Shown here piece after piece: positions 48,945-61,757 of a DNA stretch of 64,000 nucleotides. The stretch's first letter is position 1. The number at the start of each line of letters is the position of its first letter. The notes below the pieces were generated by a model that did no database searches, was not told the origin of the DNA, and saw only the letters and a list, made by a program, of their open reading frames with translations. The stretch comes from Octopus vulgaris (Eukaryota), in contig OX597822.1 in the NCBI GenBank assembly GCA_951406725.2, positions 106,640,001-106,704,000 of the forward strand, written 5' to 3'. Made by a program: the position numbers and the translations under genes.

Positions 48945-50186
48945 TAATAATAATAATAATAATAATAATAATTGTGTACAGTGCTCAGGTGCACTACAAC
49001 TCATCTAAAGTGTATATATAATCAGGTGTAGTTTCGGCGGATTTCGGAAAGCATGAGGGCCTTAAAGGATGCAGTGTCATGGCAGTCAACAACTGACGCA
49101 GGCAGTTTATTCCATGCTTCAGCAACTCTGAGCGTGAAAAAATGTTTCCGAAAGTCATGGGAGCTGTGCTGTTTTCTGACTTTGTAGGCATGTCCGCGTG
49201 TGTTAGACACATGGAGATCAAAAAGGTGTTCAGTGTTGTTGTTGGTGAGGTGGTTGATAACTTTGTGGGTGTTTACCAAGTCCGTCGCCAGACGCCGGAG
49301 CTTCAGTGAATCCATGCCCAGGGAAACAAGGCGCTCAGAATATGGTAGGTGTCTGATGGAGGGTATGCGTTTGGTTACACGTCTCTGGACAGATTCCAGG
49401 AGGTCAATGTTCTGAGCAAGATAGGGGTTCCAAACTGATGATGCGAATTCCAAGTGTGGTCGTACCATAGCTGTATACAGTTTTAAATAGATGGCTGGAG
49501 AGCGTCTAACAAAAGTTTTGCTGAGTGATGCCAAGACACCCTCGGCCTTCTTGACAATTTTAGAGATATGCTTTGTCCAACGCAAATCACTGCTGACAGT
49601 GATGCCTAGGTCACGCTCGCAAGAGGATTTCTTGATATCAGTGTTGTGGAGGGAGTATGTGGACGCAGGTTTTTTTCTCCCAAAATGCATGGTGGTACAC
49701 TTGTCCACAGCCAGTTTCAGTTGCCAGTCTGTGATCCATTGCTGCATTGTGTCTAGGTCTGATTGCAGGAAAGAGTTGTAGACATCAGGATCTGTCCTCT
49801 TGATTTCAAGGTACAGCTTGATGTCGTCTGCATATTTCAATACTGTGGCATTCTTTAAATTGGCATCTATGTCATTAATGTATGCCACAAACAAGAGGGG
49901 ACCAAGGACAGATCCCTGTGGTACACCCGATGACATTTCATATGGTGTAGAGTGCTGTCCTAGAACTGTGACTACCTCCTTTCGGCTGAGGATGAAGGAT
50001 TTCAACCAGTTAAAAAGGTCATCTCCCACACCCATTGCAGAGAGTTTCACCATAAGCCTTTTGTGTGGCACAGAGTTGAAAGCCTTAGCAAAGTCTAGGT
50101 AGACAACATCCACCCATGAGCCACTGTCAGTGATCTGAGTAATGTCCTCAAGGAACTCGACAAGCTGAGGAACTCGACAAGCTGAG
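48945..50186 (-). mobile_element. 5'-truncated CR1-clade LINE with uninterrupted RT reading frame (ORF 49022-50209)
   Basis: YLDFAKAF, GVPQGSVLGPLLF, KYADD, ERDLG and VRPHLEF motifs; (ATT)n tail. Confidence 0.93.
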
Positions 50187-51490
50187 TTATGTTGACAGTA
50201 TACAGCCACTCTAATATTGTGATGATTGTAGGGAAATATTACCTTGCATGGACACAGGGGAGGGTTGGAGACAGGAAGGGCATCCAGCTGTAGAAAATCT
50301 GTCTTGACAAATTCTGTCCGATTTATACAAGCATAAGAAAGTGGATGGTAAAATGATGATGACCATTAACAAGTCATAGAGGGAATCTCCATTAGTTCGG
50401 TCAACCTGCTAGAGATAGCAAAAAAATTTCCCCCAAATCACACCCTGTTGGCTTTAAGAATAGAAAGGACACTTTGGATAATGTAGTCCTTCTTTCATGT
50501 TGTCTAAAATATAAAATGGATGGTCATGGTTGGAATACCTTTTGATTATATGTCTGCTGGATCACAGCTGACTCGGGGACTGAACCACAACATTATCATG
50601 TTTTATGTTTTACTGCTTTCACTAGTATTGGTGCCATGATAAAAAAGGGCACCCAGTGCACTCTGTAAAGTGGTTGGTGTGAGGAAGGGCACCCAGTCAT
50701 AGAAACCATGCCAAAGAAGAACCTGGGGCACAATGCAGTCCTCAGACCCATTGGATTCGGTCAAACCATCCAACCCCTGCTAGTATGGAAAATGAATGTT
50801 AACAGATGGTGATGGTGATGATGATGTTCTAATTTCTAATCACACAGGAGTTGATTAAATTAATACAAGATAATGTTGGTGTTAGGAAGAGCATCCAGCC
50901 ATAGAAACCACAGATATTCCCATTTTGAAAATCTTCTCTGGCTAATCATTGAGAGGACATTGGTGGAGGTTTGTGCTCTCTGAGTGCTCTTGTTATTATT
51001 GTTATTATAATTTTTATTGTGGGACAGTGAGCTGGCAGAATTGTTAGCACACTGGGCAAAATGCCCAGCAGCATTTTGTCTGTCCTTAACATTCCGAGTT
51101 CAAATTCTGCTGAGGCCGACTTTGCTTTCCATCCTTTCGGGTTGATAAAATAAGTACCAATTGAAACTGGGGTTGATGTAATTGACTAGCCCTTTTTCCC
51201 CACAAAATTTCAGGCTGTGTACCTTTAGAAAAAAAAGGGATTATTATTATGATGGCTAGCTGACAGAGCCATTTGCATAGGGAGCAAACTGCTTCATGGC
51301 ATTTCATTCGTCTTTATATTCTGAGTTCAATTTGTGCTGAGGTCGACTTTGCCTTTCATCTGTCCGGGGTCGATGAAAACACTGGGGTCAATGTAATTAA
51401 CTTATCCCCTCCCATCAAAAATGGCTGCCCTTGTGGAAAAATTTGAAACCATTATTATTATTATTATTTTTATTTTTATTATTATTATAG

Positions 51491-51565
51491 TTCCGGAGAA
51501 GAAGGACATTATGCTGAGCTTGAAAAATGTTGTGAAGAAAAACTCCGAGAAATGCATCCAAACAG
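51491..51565 (+). CDS. SPAG1: SPAG1 coding exon 2 (SGEEGHYAELEKCCEEKLREMHPN)
   Basis: Acceptor tatag and donor AG|gtatt. Resembles SPAG1 RSGEEGYYPELTEFCEKHL. Confidence 0.92.
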
Positions 51566-52502
51566 GTATTTAAGATTATTATTTTATTGTGACTGATCTG
51601 TTTTCACCTTTCTGTCCTCATCTTCCACCCCCCTCCTCCCTCCCCTCTTCCCTCCACCCACCTTCTCCTGTGCATAAAGTTTGGTTTGTTTGCTGTAATG
51701 TCTGTTCTCAACCATTTTTTATATACGGACCCCCTTTGATTACTGTTTTATTCTAGTGGATCCCCATGGCTAATCAGTATTTAAAAAAAACTAGTTTCAT
51801 AGATACTCCTTTCAAAATCCCCATTTTGCTTCTCAAATATTAATTTGTGGAGTTTGCACTATGCAAAACATTAGAGAAAGAAACTGGGTTATATCGTTTA
51901 ATAAATACATCTGAAGTAAAATTCTTTTCATGGGCCCTTAAAATACTACCTTGGATCTCCAATTTACAATTTTACTTGCATGAACTGCCAAAATTCTTAT
52001 ATGAACCCAAAACAGCAAAGGTAACTATAGCATGAGAAAACAGACAAAAATGACAAACAGATATAGGCGCAGGAGTGGCTGTGTGGTAAGTAGCTTGCTT
52101 ACCAACCACATGGTTCCAGGTTCAGTCCCACTGCGTGGCACCTTGGGCATGTGTCTTCTACTATAGCCTCAGGCCGACCAAAGCCTTGTGAGTGGATTTA
52201 ATAGACGAAAACTGAAAGAAGCCTGTCGTATATATGTATATGTGTATGTTTGTGTGTCTGTGTTTGTTACCCCCAACATTGCTTGATAACCGATGCTGGT
52301 GTGTTTACATACCCGTAACTTAGCAGTTTGGCAAAAGAGACCGATAGAATCAGTACTAGTCTTACAAAGAATAAGTCCCGGGGTCGATTTCCTCGACTAA
52401 AGGCGGTGCTCCAGCATGGCCGCAGTCAAATGACTGAAACATGTAAAAGAGTAAAGAGTAAATGAATGAATCCAAATGTCTTATCAATTCACTTATGTTG
52501 AA

Positions 52503-53113
52503 ATAAATAATAATAATAATAATAATAATAATAATTGTGTACAGTGCTCAGGTGCACTACAACTCATCTAAAGTGTATATATAATCAGGTGTAGTTTCGG
52601 CGGATTTCGGAAAGCATGAGGGCCTTAAAAGATGCAGTGTCATGGCAGTCAACAACTGACGCAGGCAGTTTATTCCATGTTTCAGCAACTCTGAGCGTGA
52701 AAAAATGTTTCCGAAAGTCATGGGAGCTGTATTGTTTTCTGACTTTGTAGGCATGTCCACGTGTGTTAGACACATGGAGATCAAAAAGGTGTTCAGTGTT
52801 GTTGTTGGTGAGGTGGTTGATAACTTTGTGGGTGTTTACCAAGTCCGTCGCCAAACGCCGGAGCTTCAGTGAATCCATGCCCAGGGAAACAAGGCGCTCA
52901 GAATATGGTAGGTGTCTGATGGAGGGTATGCGTTTGGTTGCACGTCTCTGGACAGATTCCAGGAGGTCAATGTTCTGTGCAAGATAGGGGTTCCAAACTG
53001 ATGATGCGAATTCCAAGTGTGGTCGTACCATAGCTGTATACAGTTTTAAATAGATGGCTGGAGAGCGGCTAACAAAAGACCTGCTGAGTGATGCCAAGAC
53101 ACCCTCGGCCTTC
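52503..53113 (-). mobile_element. CR1 LINE 3' fragment, nearly identical to 48945-49550
   Basis: Same peptide and 3'UTR, (ATT)n tail. Confidence 0.92.
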
Positions 53114-53660
53114 CTATCGTTAACAAAATACTTTGATCTTAACAAAAACGCAAGTACCCATTCAGCTAAGAGGAAATTGTGAGTTCAGAATGCATTACAT
53201 GTAGCTATCATCATCATCATCATTTAAAGTCCGCTTTCCATGCTAGCATGGGTTGGATGCTTTGACAGGTCTGGCGAACCAGACTCCAGTCTGATTTGGC
53301 AGAGTTTCTACAGCTGAATGCCCTTCCTAACGCCAACCACTCTGAGAGTGTAGTGGGTGCTTTTACGTGCCACCGGCACGAGGGCCAGTTTGGTGGTACT
53401 GGCAACGGCCATGCCCAAATAGTACTTTTTATGTCACCTGCACACTCGCCAGTCCAGCAGCACTGGTGACGACCTCGCTCGAATGTTTCACGTGCCACCT
53501 GCACAAGTGCTAGTAAGGTGACGCGGTAATGATCACGCTTGAATGGTGCGCTTCACGTTCGAATGGTCTGCTATTATTATTGATCTTTGCTATATGTCTG
53601 TCTTTTTCTCTTCTTGTTTTCTATAAAAACTTTTTTTCTTTTTTCTAATTCCAATTACAG

Positions 53661-53745
53661 TCGTGCTCTAAGGAGAGAAGAACCCTTGAAAAAAATTACT
53701 GATCTAAGTCAAGAAGAAAACATAGCCTTACAAGCTGAGCTGGAG
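53661..53745 (+). CDS. SPAG1: SPAG1 coding exon 3 (RALRREEPLKKITDLSQEENIALQAELE)
   Basis: Acceptor ttacag and donor GAG|gtgaga. Contains the SRALR motif; phase 2 to 0. Confidence 0.9.
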
Positions 53746-54586
53746 GTGAGAATAATTTTTGATGATGATGTTAAATTTTGTACAGCATGATAAGTTTGTG
53801 TGGATTGTGAAAGTGAGGTGAGTTCTGAGATTTTGAGCTGTGTATGTTTTGTTTCTACTTAAAAATGAAAAGAAGTGTATGGGGAAAGCTGTAAATAAAG
53901 TTCAGGTCTATAAGAAAAAATGTAGAAAGGAGATAGCCAAGTTTGAAGTAGATGTTTGGTAATGAAGGATTTAGGGGTGAGCTAAACTACCCTTCTCTTT
54001 ACTATTGTAATTGTTTCAGTCATTTTGACTGTGGCCATGCTGGAGCACCGCCTTTAGTCGAGCAAATCGACCCTAGTACTTATTCTATCGGTCCCTTTTC
54101 CCGAACCACTAAGTTACGGGGATGTAAATACACCAGCATCGGTTGTCAAGCGATGTTGGGGGGACAAACACAGACACACATATACACACACCCACACACA
54201 CACATATATATATACATATATACGACAGGCTTCTTTCAGTTTCCGCCTACCAAATCCACTCACAAGGCTTTGGTCGGCCCGAGGCTATAGTAGAACACAC
54301 ATGCCCAAGGTGCCACACAGTGGGACTGAACCCGGAACCATGTGGTTTGTAAGCAAGCTACTTACCACACAGCCACGCCTTCGCCTGATATAAATGAAAT
54401 GAATTCATTTTATGTCTTGAATCATGAAATTGATTTATTGATTTCATAAGAACTTTCACACATTAGGCAATAACTTTAAAGGAATGTTTTTTATTTTTTT
54501 TGGTAAAAAATCTTTTCTTTTGATGTTCGTTTGTAACAAATGGAAACATACGTCTATAGTGTCACTACTATTACGTCTTTCTTTAG

Positions 54587-54712
54587 AATTGGTCCAGCAA
54601 CATGTGTAAGCTGGACGGATCTTTGAAGAAAAAAAATTCCAAAAAGGCTGTAGATGATATACCCCCCATCAGAAATGCAGAAGGAAAGAAAGGGAAGCCC
54701 GAAAAAGAAAAG
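54587..54712 (+). CDS. SPAG1: SPAG1 coding exon 4 (NWSSNMCKLDG...DDIPPIRN...EKEK)
   Basis: Acceptor ctttag and donor AAG|gtaacc; 126 nt, phase 0-0. Contains a DNLPPVR-like motif. Confidence 0.88.
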
Positions 54713-56446
54713 GTAACCATCCAACCATCCTCAACAAAGAAACCTTTGTACTTTCATTGTAATTCCACAATCTCATACTCCACTGGGGTATCATCCCAGT
54801 TGAGTCTATAATTTGAGTGTTGGTTTTTGTCTAGGATTGCGTTGTTGCTCATATAACCCTTCAGATTCATGCTGTGCGTAAAATGTTTTAATGATTAATT
54901 AATATATATTTTATGCATAAAGTATATTGGTGCATAAAATATATATTGTGCATGTTATATGTATACGTGTACAATATATATTGTGCTTATGTTATATGTG
55001 GATACAAATGCATTTATATTTTCCATGTATGTATGTGCATATATTGCATGCATATTTGGACAAATTGACTAAGGACTGGCGAACCAGTCTTCAATCTTGA
55101 TCTGGCAGAGTTTCTACAGTTGGATGCCCTTCCTAACGCCAACCACTCCGCGAGTGTAGTGGGTGCTTTTACATGCCACCGGCACAAGGGCCAGTTCGGC
55201 GGTACTGGTAACAGTCACGCTCAAATGGTGTTTTTTATGTGCCACCTGCACAGGAGCTAGTCTAGTGGCACTGGCAACGACCTCGCTCAAATGCTTTTTC
55301 ACATGCTGCTGGCACAAGTGCCAGTAAGGCGACGCTGGTAACGATCACGCTCGAATAGTGCCCTTTTATGTGCCACTGGCACAGAAGCCAGTTAGCTGCT
55401 CTGGCAATGATCACGCTCGGATGGTGCTCTTAGCGCTCCACTAGCATGGATGCCAGTCATCGAATTTGATATGGATTTCACTTGCCTCAACAGGTCTTCG
55501 CGAGCAGAGTTTATGGTCTTAAATTTCTCTCACATTTAAATTTTTTAATATTTAGGTGATGATGATGATGATGACCATGGATGTGGTTGAATAACTGATC
55601 CCAACAAGTTGGGATTTACTCAATCAGTTGCACTATTCATCCTTTTGATTGCTGAATGTGAAGCGTGGCTTGTAAGACTTCTGTTTGGGTGATTTTCCTG
55701 AGTCACCATCTCACCCACCCTTGTATGCCATTTATAGCTGAATGGAATGAAGCTACGGTGAAATGAAGTGTTTTGCTTACCGCGTCACCTTACCAGCACT
55801 TGTGCTGGTGGCATGTGAAACATTTGACCGAAGTCGTCGCTAGTGCCGCTGGACTGGCTCCTGTGCAGGTGGCACATAAAAAGCACCATTTGGGCGTGGC
55901 CGTTGCCAGTACCACCAAACTGGCCCTCGTGCCGGTGGCACGTAAAAAGGACCCACTACACTCTCAGAGTGGTTGGCTTTAGGAAGGGCATCCAGCCGTA
56001 GAAACTCTGCCAGATCAAGACTGGAGCCTGGTGCAGCCATCTGGTTCGCCAGCCCACAGTCAAACCGTCCAACCCATGCTAGCATGGAAAGCGGACGTTA
56101 AATGATGATGATGATGATGATACAATGTGCAGCACATCTGGAAATTGAACCCACAATCTTGCAGTTGTCAGTGCAACACCCTAACCACTACTCCAAATAC
56201 CTTCAATCCAGATAATTGTGTGTGTGTGTGTGTGTGTGCATCTAAGAATCTGGCCAATCAGGTTGTTTCTAATCACCTGGTCAGCTATGACAGTATAATG
56301 GATCCTTTTAAGTAGAGCTGAGCATACCACCTCAACGTTAATGAAAATGAAAACCAGCAAGATGCTCCAAATAACAGTTTCTGCTGCTTGTTCTTGAATC
56401 ATTAACATTTTGAAACATTTTGAAATATTTTGTTTTATATTTGCAG

Positions 56447-56505
56447 AAAAAAGGTTCATCAAAAAAGGCTTCTCCAAAACCTCGTGATATCAAAGAATGG
56501 GACAA
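56447..56505 (+). CDS. SPAG1: SPAG1 coding exon 5 (KKGSSKKASPKPRDIKEWD)
   Basis: Acceptor ttgcag and donor AA|gtaagt. PRDYxEWDK-like motif typical of SPAG1/RPAP3. Confidence 0.9.
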
Positions 56506-56559
56506 GTAAGTGTGTCATGTTCTCACTGTTTCATTTATTGAGAAAGTTCACCACAAGTC

Positions 56560-57955
56560 ATTAGGATCTTACTGGTGCAGAAAGGAAAAGAAGAACGGTG
56601 GTAGCAGGGAATTGCATCAGATTGCCAGAAAGGAAAGCTAGGAGACATATTACTCGAAGCTTTTGACGAAATAGAAGGGGAATATAGCATCACAGGAGGT
56701 TTCTACGGAACAACCTGTTGAGGGCTACTGATCAGGTTTGTGGATGGTGCAAAGTCCCCTCTCGGCCCAAGGTAATGTCGTGGTGGAACAATGTAGTTGA
56801 TAGGGCCATTAGGGAAAAGAAACAGGCATGGAAGGACTGGAAGAACGGTGGTAGCTGGGAATTGCATCAGATTGCCAGAAGGGAAGCTAGGAGACAGGTT
56901 TACTTAGCTGGAAGGGAAGCAGATAAGAAAAAAAATTGCCAATGTTCTGCATTACGAGGACCAAAGACTCGAAGTGTTTCGTGTTGAAAGACAGTGTGTG
57001 AGAGAGAAACGTGATGTTGTAGGAGAGAAATGTGTATGCATGGATGATGGCTCACTTGCATTTTATGAGACTGCAAAAAGAGAGACTTGGAGATGCCACT
57101 ACGAAAGGTTGCTAAATGAAGAGAATGAATGGAAGAAAGAGTTTACCGAATGTCGACTCAACAGAAGGACCAGCCATCCAAATTGACAGTACCTTGGTAG
57201 ATAAAGCAATTAAGAGTGTGAAGATGGAAAGCCCCAGGCCCATCAGGAATCACCACAGAGATGCTTGAAATGTCTGGCGGTATTGGCTTTAGTTTAGTCA
57301 CCCGTATAGTCAATCAGGTGATACATGAAGGAGTCATACCCAGTGACTGGTGTAGCAGCACTATAGTCAACTGCTACAAAGGTAAAGGTGATGCATTAGA
57401 TACAAATAATTACAGAGGTATCAAGTTGTTAGATCAGGTAATGAAAGTCGCAGAGAGGGTCATAGCCCAACTAATTGGGGAGACAGTCAGTTTAGATGTG
57501 ATGCAGTTTGGGTTGCAGGAGAAATATCTAGCCAAAGATAAACCTCTTTACCTGGCTTTCGCTGACATGGATAAAGTTAGTGACAGCGTCTCCCGATCCC
57601 TTATCTGGTGGTCAATGCAGAAACTAGGGATAGACGAATGGTTAGTGAGAGCTGTACAAGCTATGTATAGGGATACTGTCAGTAAGATGAGGGTTGGCAA
57701 TGAGTATAGTGAAGAATTCCGGGCAGGGATCCACCAAGGATCAGTCCTCAGCCCCCTCTTATTCATCATAGTCCTCCAGCAATAACAGAGGAATTCAAGC
57801 CAGGATGCCCCTGGGAGCTTCTCTATGCTGATGACCTTGCTCTAATAGCTGAGTCACTATCAAAACTAGAGGAGAAGTTGCAGGTGTGATAGCAAGGTCT
57901 AGAATCGAAGGGCCTTAGAGTCAATCTAGCAAAAACCAAAGTCTTAATAGTAGAA
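56560..57955 (+). mobile_element. Degenerate RTE-clade LINE fragment (RT region)
   Basis: WWN, YKGKGD...NYRGIKLL, GIHQGSVLSPLLFIIV and LLYADDL motifs with frameshifts. Confidence 0.88.
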
Positions 57956-58344
57956 TGATACATTAAGGATCTTTTTTTTATGAGTAATACCAAGTTACTT
58001 GAATCCATATATTGTGACTTACTTATGTCATTATGTGTGTGTTTGTATGTGTGAGTGTGTGTGTTTCTGTCTCCTTGCATTGGCATTGCAAAATAGTTGT
58101 GAACAAGTATCTCTCATGCAAGCGGTGTCCATTTACAATCTTCTGAAAAAGCATATTTTGACCATGGGGAAAGTATTATATTTCTTAAAAACAAGTGAGG
58201 GTTAGTGACAGGAAAGGCATCAAGACATAGAAAATCTGCCTCGACAAATTCCATCTGATTCATACAAGTATTAAAAAGTGTTTTTTAAAATGATGATGTT
58301 GGTGGTGACTATGAAGGTGGTTTCCCTTCGATTTTCTTTGGGTG

Positions 58345-59520
58345 TTGTTTTCCTACTCCATGTTATCCTACTACACCTCACAACACAGTCAAGTTTACCT
58401 ACTACATCTCACAACAGAACCATGTATTTCTATCACGTCTCACATCACAGCTATATTTTCCTATCATGTCTCAACACAGCCATGTCTTCTTACCACACCT
58501 CACAACACAGCCATGTTTTCCTACTATACCTCACAGCACAACCACTTCCTCCTACTACACTTCACAACACAGCCATGTCTAACTAATACATTTGAGAGCA
58601 CAGCTATGTTTTCCTACGCAGCTCAAAGTACAGCCATATCCTCCAACCATGGCCATGTGTTCCTGTTACACAACACAACATAACTGCATCTTGCTACATA
58701 TCACACAATCTAGCCATGACTTTCTGCTACACAACACAACCATATTTGCTTGCTGTTCAACTCAGCCATGTGTTCTAATTGAAACACAATGCAACCTTTT
58801 TTCCTTACTACACTATACAGCCATATCTTTCTACCTCACAACACCGCCATATCTACCTACCATATGACGCAACCACGTCTTACTGCCACACAACACTGTG
58901 ATGGTTTTCTACCCTACCATACAACACAGCCATGTTTTCCTACTTCACAACACCACCATGTCTTCCTACCTCACAACACCACCATGTCTTCCTACCACAC
59001 AAAACAACCTTGTCTTCCTACCTCACAACACCACCATGTCTTCCCTCCTCACAACACCACCATGTCTTCCTACCTCACAACACCACCACATCTTCCTACC
59101 TCACAACACCACCATGTCTTCCTACCTCACAACACTACCATGTCTTCCTACCTCACAACACCACCATGTCTTCCTACCTCACAACACCACCATGTCTTCC
59201 TACCTCACAACACCACCATGTCTTTCCTACCTCACAACACCACCATGTCTTCCTACCACACAAAACAACCTTGTCTTTCTGCCACACAACACAGCAGTGG
59301 TTTGCGCCCTTCAACAATTTTGACCTGGAGATCTCCATTTCCAGTGACTACAACAAGACAACCTGAGTTTTTTTTTTCCAAGGTCTGGGGTCTCCCACCC
59401 CTAAGCCCTAGACCATCACCTAATCACCCTTGCCCGTCTTGTTGCTTAACAACAACACAGCAGTGGTTTGCTGTACTACCACACAACACGGCCATGTCTT
59501 CCAACCACACCACACAACCC
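58345..59520. repeat. 26-bp minisatellite (cctacctcacaacaccaccatgtctt)
   Basis: Homogeneous core at about 58930-59290 with degenerate flanks. Confidence 0.9.
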
Positions 59521-59636
59521 AGATATTTCTTCCTATGTAAAGTCTGAAAAACGAAAAGCTTTCAAACTCTTTCTGTCTGTCTGCTAAACAACAGTGTTGC
59601 TCTCTTTTATATTTTATCACTTGTATTTCTATTTAG

Positions 59637-59752
59637 GTTCGATGTTGAAGGAGAACTAAAAAGGATAGATGAGGATGTTCAAGAAAAGCCAGCTACTAAG
59701 AAAGTTAACAGTGAAATTTCTAAACTATCTGAAAATGTGGACATAGGCAATG
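59637..59752 (+). CDS. SPAG1: SPAG1 coding exon 6 (FDVEGELKRIDEDVQEKP...NVDIGN); gene continues right of the window
   Basis: Acceptor atttag; completes the WDKFDVE.EL..ID motif. Donor G|gtttgt is the less certain boundary. Confidence 0.87.
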
Positions 59753-61320
59753 GTTTGTAAAATCTTTTTTTTTCTGTCCTTGTTTTGCTTGGCAAAATGG
59801 AGATGTAAAGATGCAAATCTGAATGTAGATGAAGCTGTTGTTGTCATAAGCATGAAAGTTCAAGTATTATAGGTGGAAGAAAGGAGATATATTCACAGTG
59901 TACTGTTGATATGCATCTATTTTTTATCTTCTACTTGTTTCTCTCACTAGACTGCAGCAATGCTGGGGCACTGCCTTGAAAAATTTTTGAAGTCGAAATC
60001 AAACTTGGTGACTGGCATCCGTTGCTAGTGGAGCACTAAGAGTACCATACGAGTGAGATTGTTGCCAGAACAACAAGCTGGCCTTCATGCCGATGGCACG
60101 TAAAAAGCACCATTCGAGCGTGATCGTTACCGCGTCGCCTTACCAGCACTTGTGCTGGTAGCACGTGAAACATTCGAGCGAGGCTGTCACCAGTGCTGCT
60201 GGACTGGCTCCTGTGCAGGTGGCACGTAAAAAGCACCATTTGGGCGTGACCATTGCCAGTACCACCAAACTAGCCCTCGTGCCGGTGGCACGTAAAAGCA
60301 CCCACTACACTCTCGGAGTGGTTGGCATTAGGAAGGGCATCATCCAGCTGTAAACAAGCCATACCAAAACAGATACCAATAGTTTGGTGTAGTCTTCTGC
60401 CTGGTCGCCTCCTGTTAAACCGTCCAACCCATGTCAGCATGGAAGGCAGACGTTAAACAATGATGATGAATGTAAATTAACAATCATTGCATCTGACAGA
60501 ATAACTTGAATGCTAAAAGGTTAACGAGGCTACCGAGGAAAAGGAAGAAATTAATTTGATCAATATAAATCGAAGCAATTACGCATGCTCTGTGTTTTCT
60601 TGCTCTGCAGTATTTACCACAATCAAGCTTCGTTAATTTCATTGCTTTCATAATTTTCTTCCCTGTTTAGAAATGTAATATTCTGACATTTAAATATGCG
60701 ATGTGTAACATTTTATGAAACAGTAATGGAGTTTATCTTTGGGATGCGTGCTTTGTGTTTGACTGACTCATGCGTTGGAGAAATATATACACTGGTTTTG
60801 TTGTTTGTGTTGTTTGGTCAAAGGTCAGCCCTGATTTTAGCGGAATGGTAATCAAAGGCATTTCGGCATTTACTATCCAGTCTTTTATTCAAGCATTGTG
60901 CATCTAGATTTACTTTCTCCAGCATGCGCTTTCATCAACATCATCATCATCATCATCATCATCATCGTTTAATGTCCGCTTTCCATGCTAGCATGGGTTG
61001 GACGATTTGACTGAGGTCTGGCGAACCAGATGACTGCACCAGACTCCAATCTTGATCTGGCAGAGTTTCTACGGCTGGATGCCCTTCCTAACGCCAACCA
61101 CTCCGAGAGTGCAGTGGGTGCTTTTACGTGCCACCGACACGCTGTCTTTAGAATGATAGGGTGTATTTTGAAGGAGATTCGGTTGCTATTTCTAACAGGT
61201 TGAACCAACCCATCATTGGGTCATGTAACAATTGTAGCAGTATATCACCATCATCGTCATTATTATCAGCACCATCACCACCACCACCACCATTGTCGTT
61301 GTTATCATCATCATAACATC

Positions 61321-61757
61321 TATTGGGTTGTCCGGAAAGTTCGTGCCGATTTACAGTAGCTTACCTTTCGACTTATTTTAGAACATGGTTGAGTCCATAA
61401 AATAGGATTTGGCTACACCTCCATTTAGAGCACAGTTTAAGCTATCTTTTTGTGGAAGAAGGTTTATGTTCTTATAACCTGTGTTAATTCTGTAACCCTT
61501 TAAAATGGAAGAAAAGAAAGTTCATTTTCAGCACTTGATGCTCTGGGTACCAGACAAAAATTGCTGCAGCTTGGCTGGAATGGGTTACTCCACCTTCCAT
61601 ATTCACCAGATATTGCTCCTTCGGATTTCCACTTATTCAGGTCTCTGCAGAATAGTCTTAATGGTAAAAATTACAATTCCTTGGATGACTTAAAAAAGAT
61701 ACCTTGATGAATTCTTTGCCATGAAACCACCTCAATTCTGGGAAGAGGGTATTTTCT
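61321..61757 (+). mobile_element. Internally deleted mariner (DD34D) transposon relic
   Basis: TA followed by TIR ttgggttgtccggaaagttc; transposase start MEEKKVHFQHLMLW joined to PYSPDIAPSDFHLFRSLQNSL. Confidence 0.85.

Noticed and set aside
49022-50209. 395-aa RT ORF as a domesticated gene
   Set aside because: 5'-truncated CR1 with tail and short TSD; the ATG comes from flanking sequence.
58789-59547. ORFs open in three frames
   Set aside because: Translation of a stop-free 26-bp minisatellite inside a SPAG1 intron.
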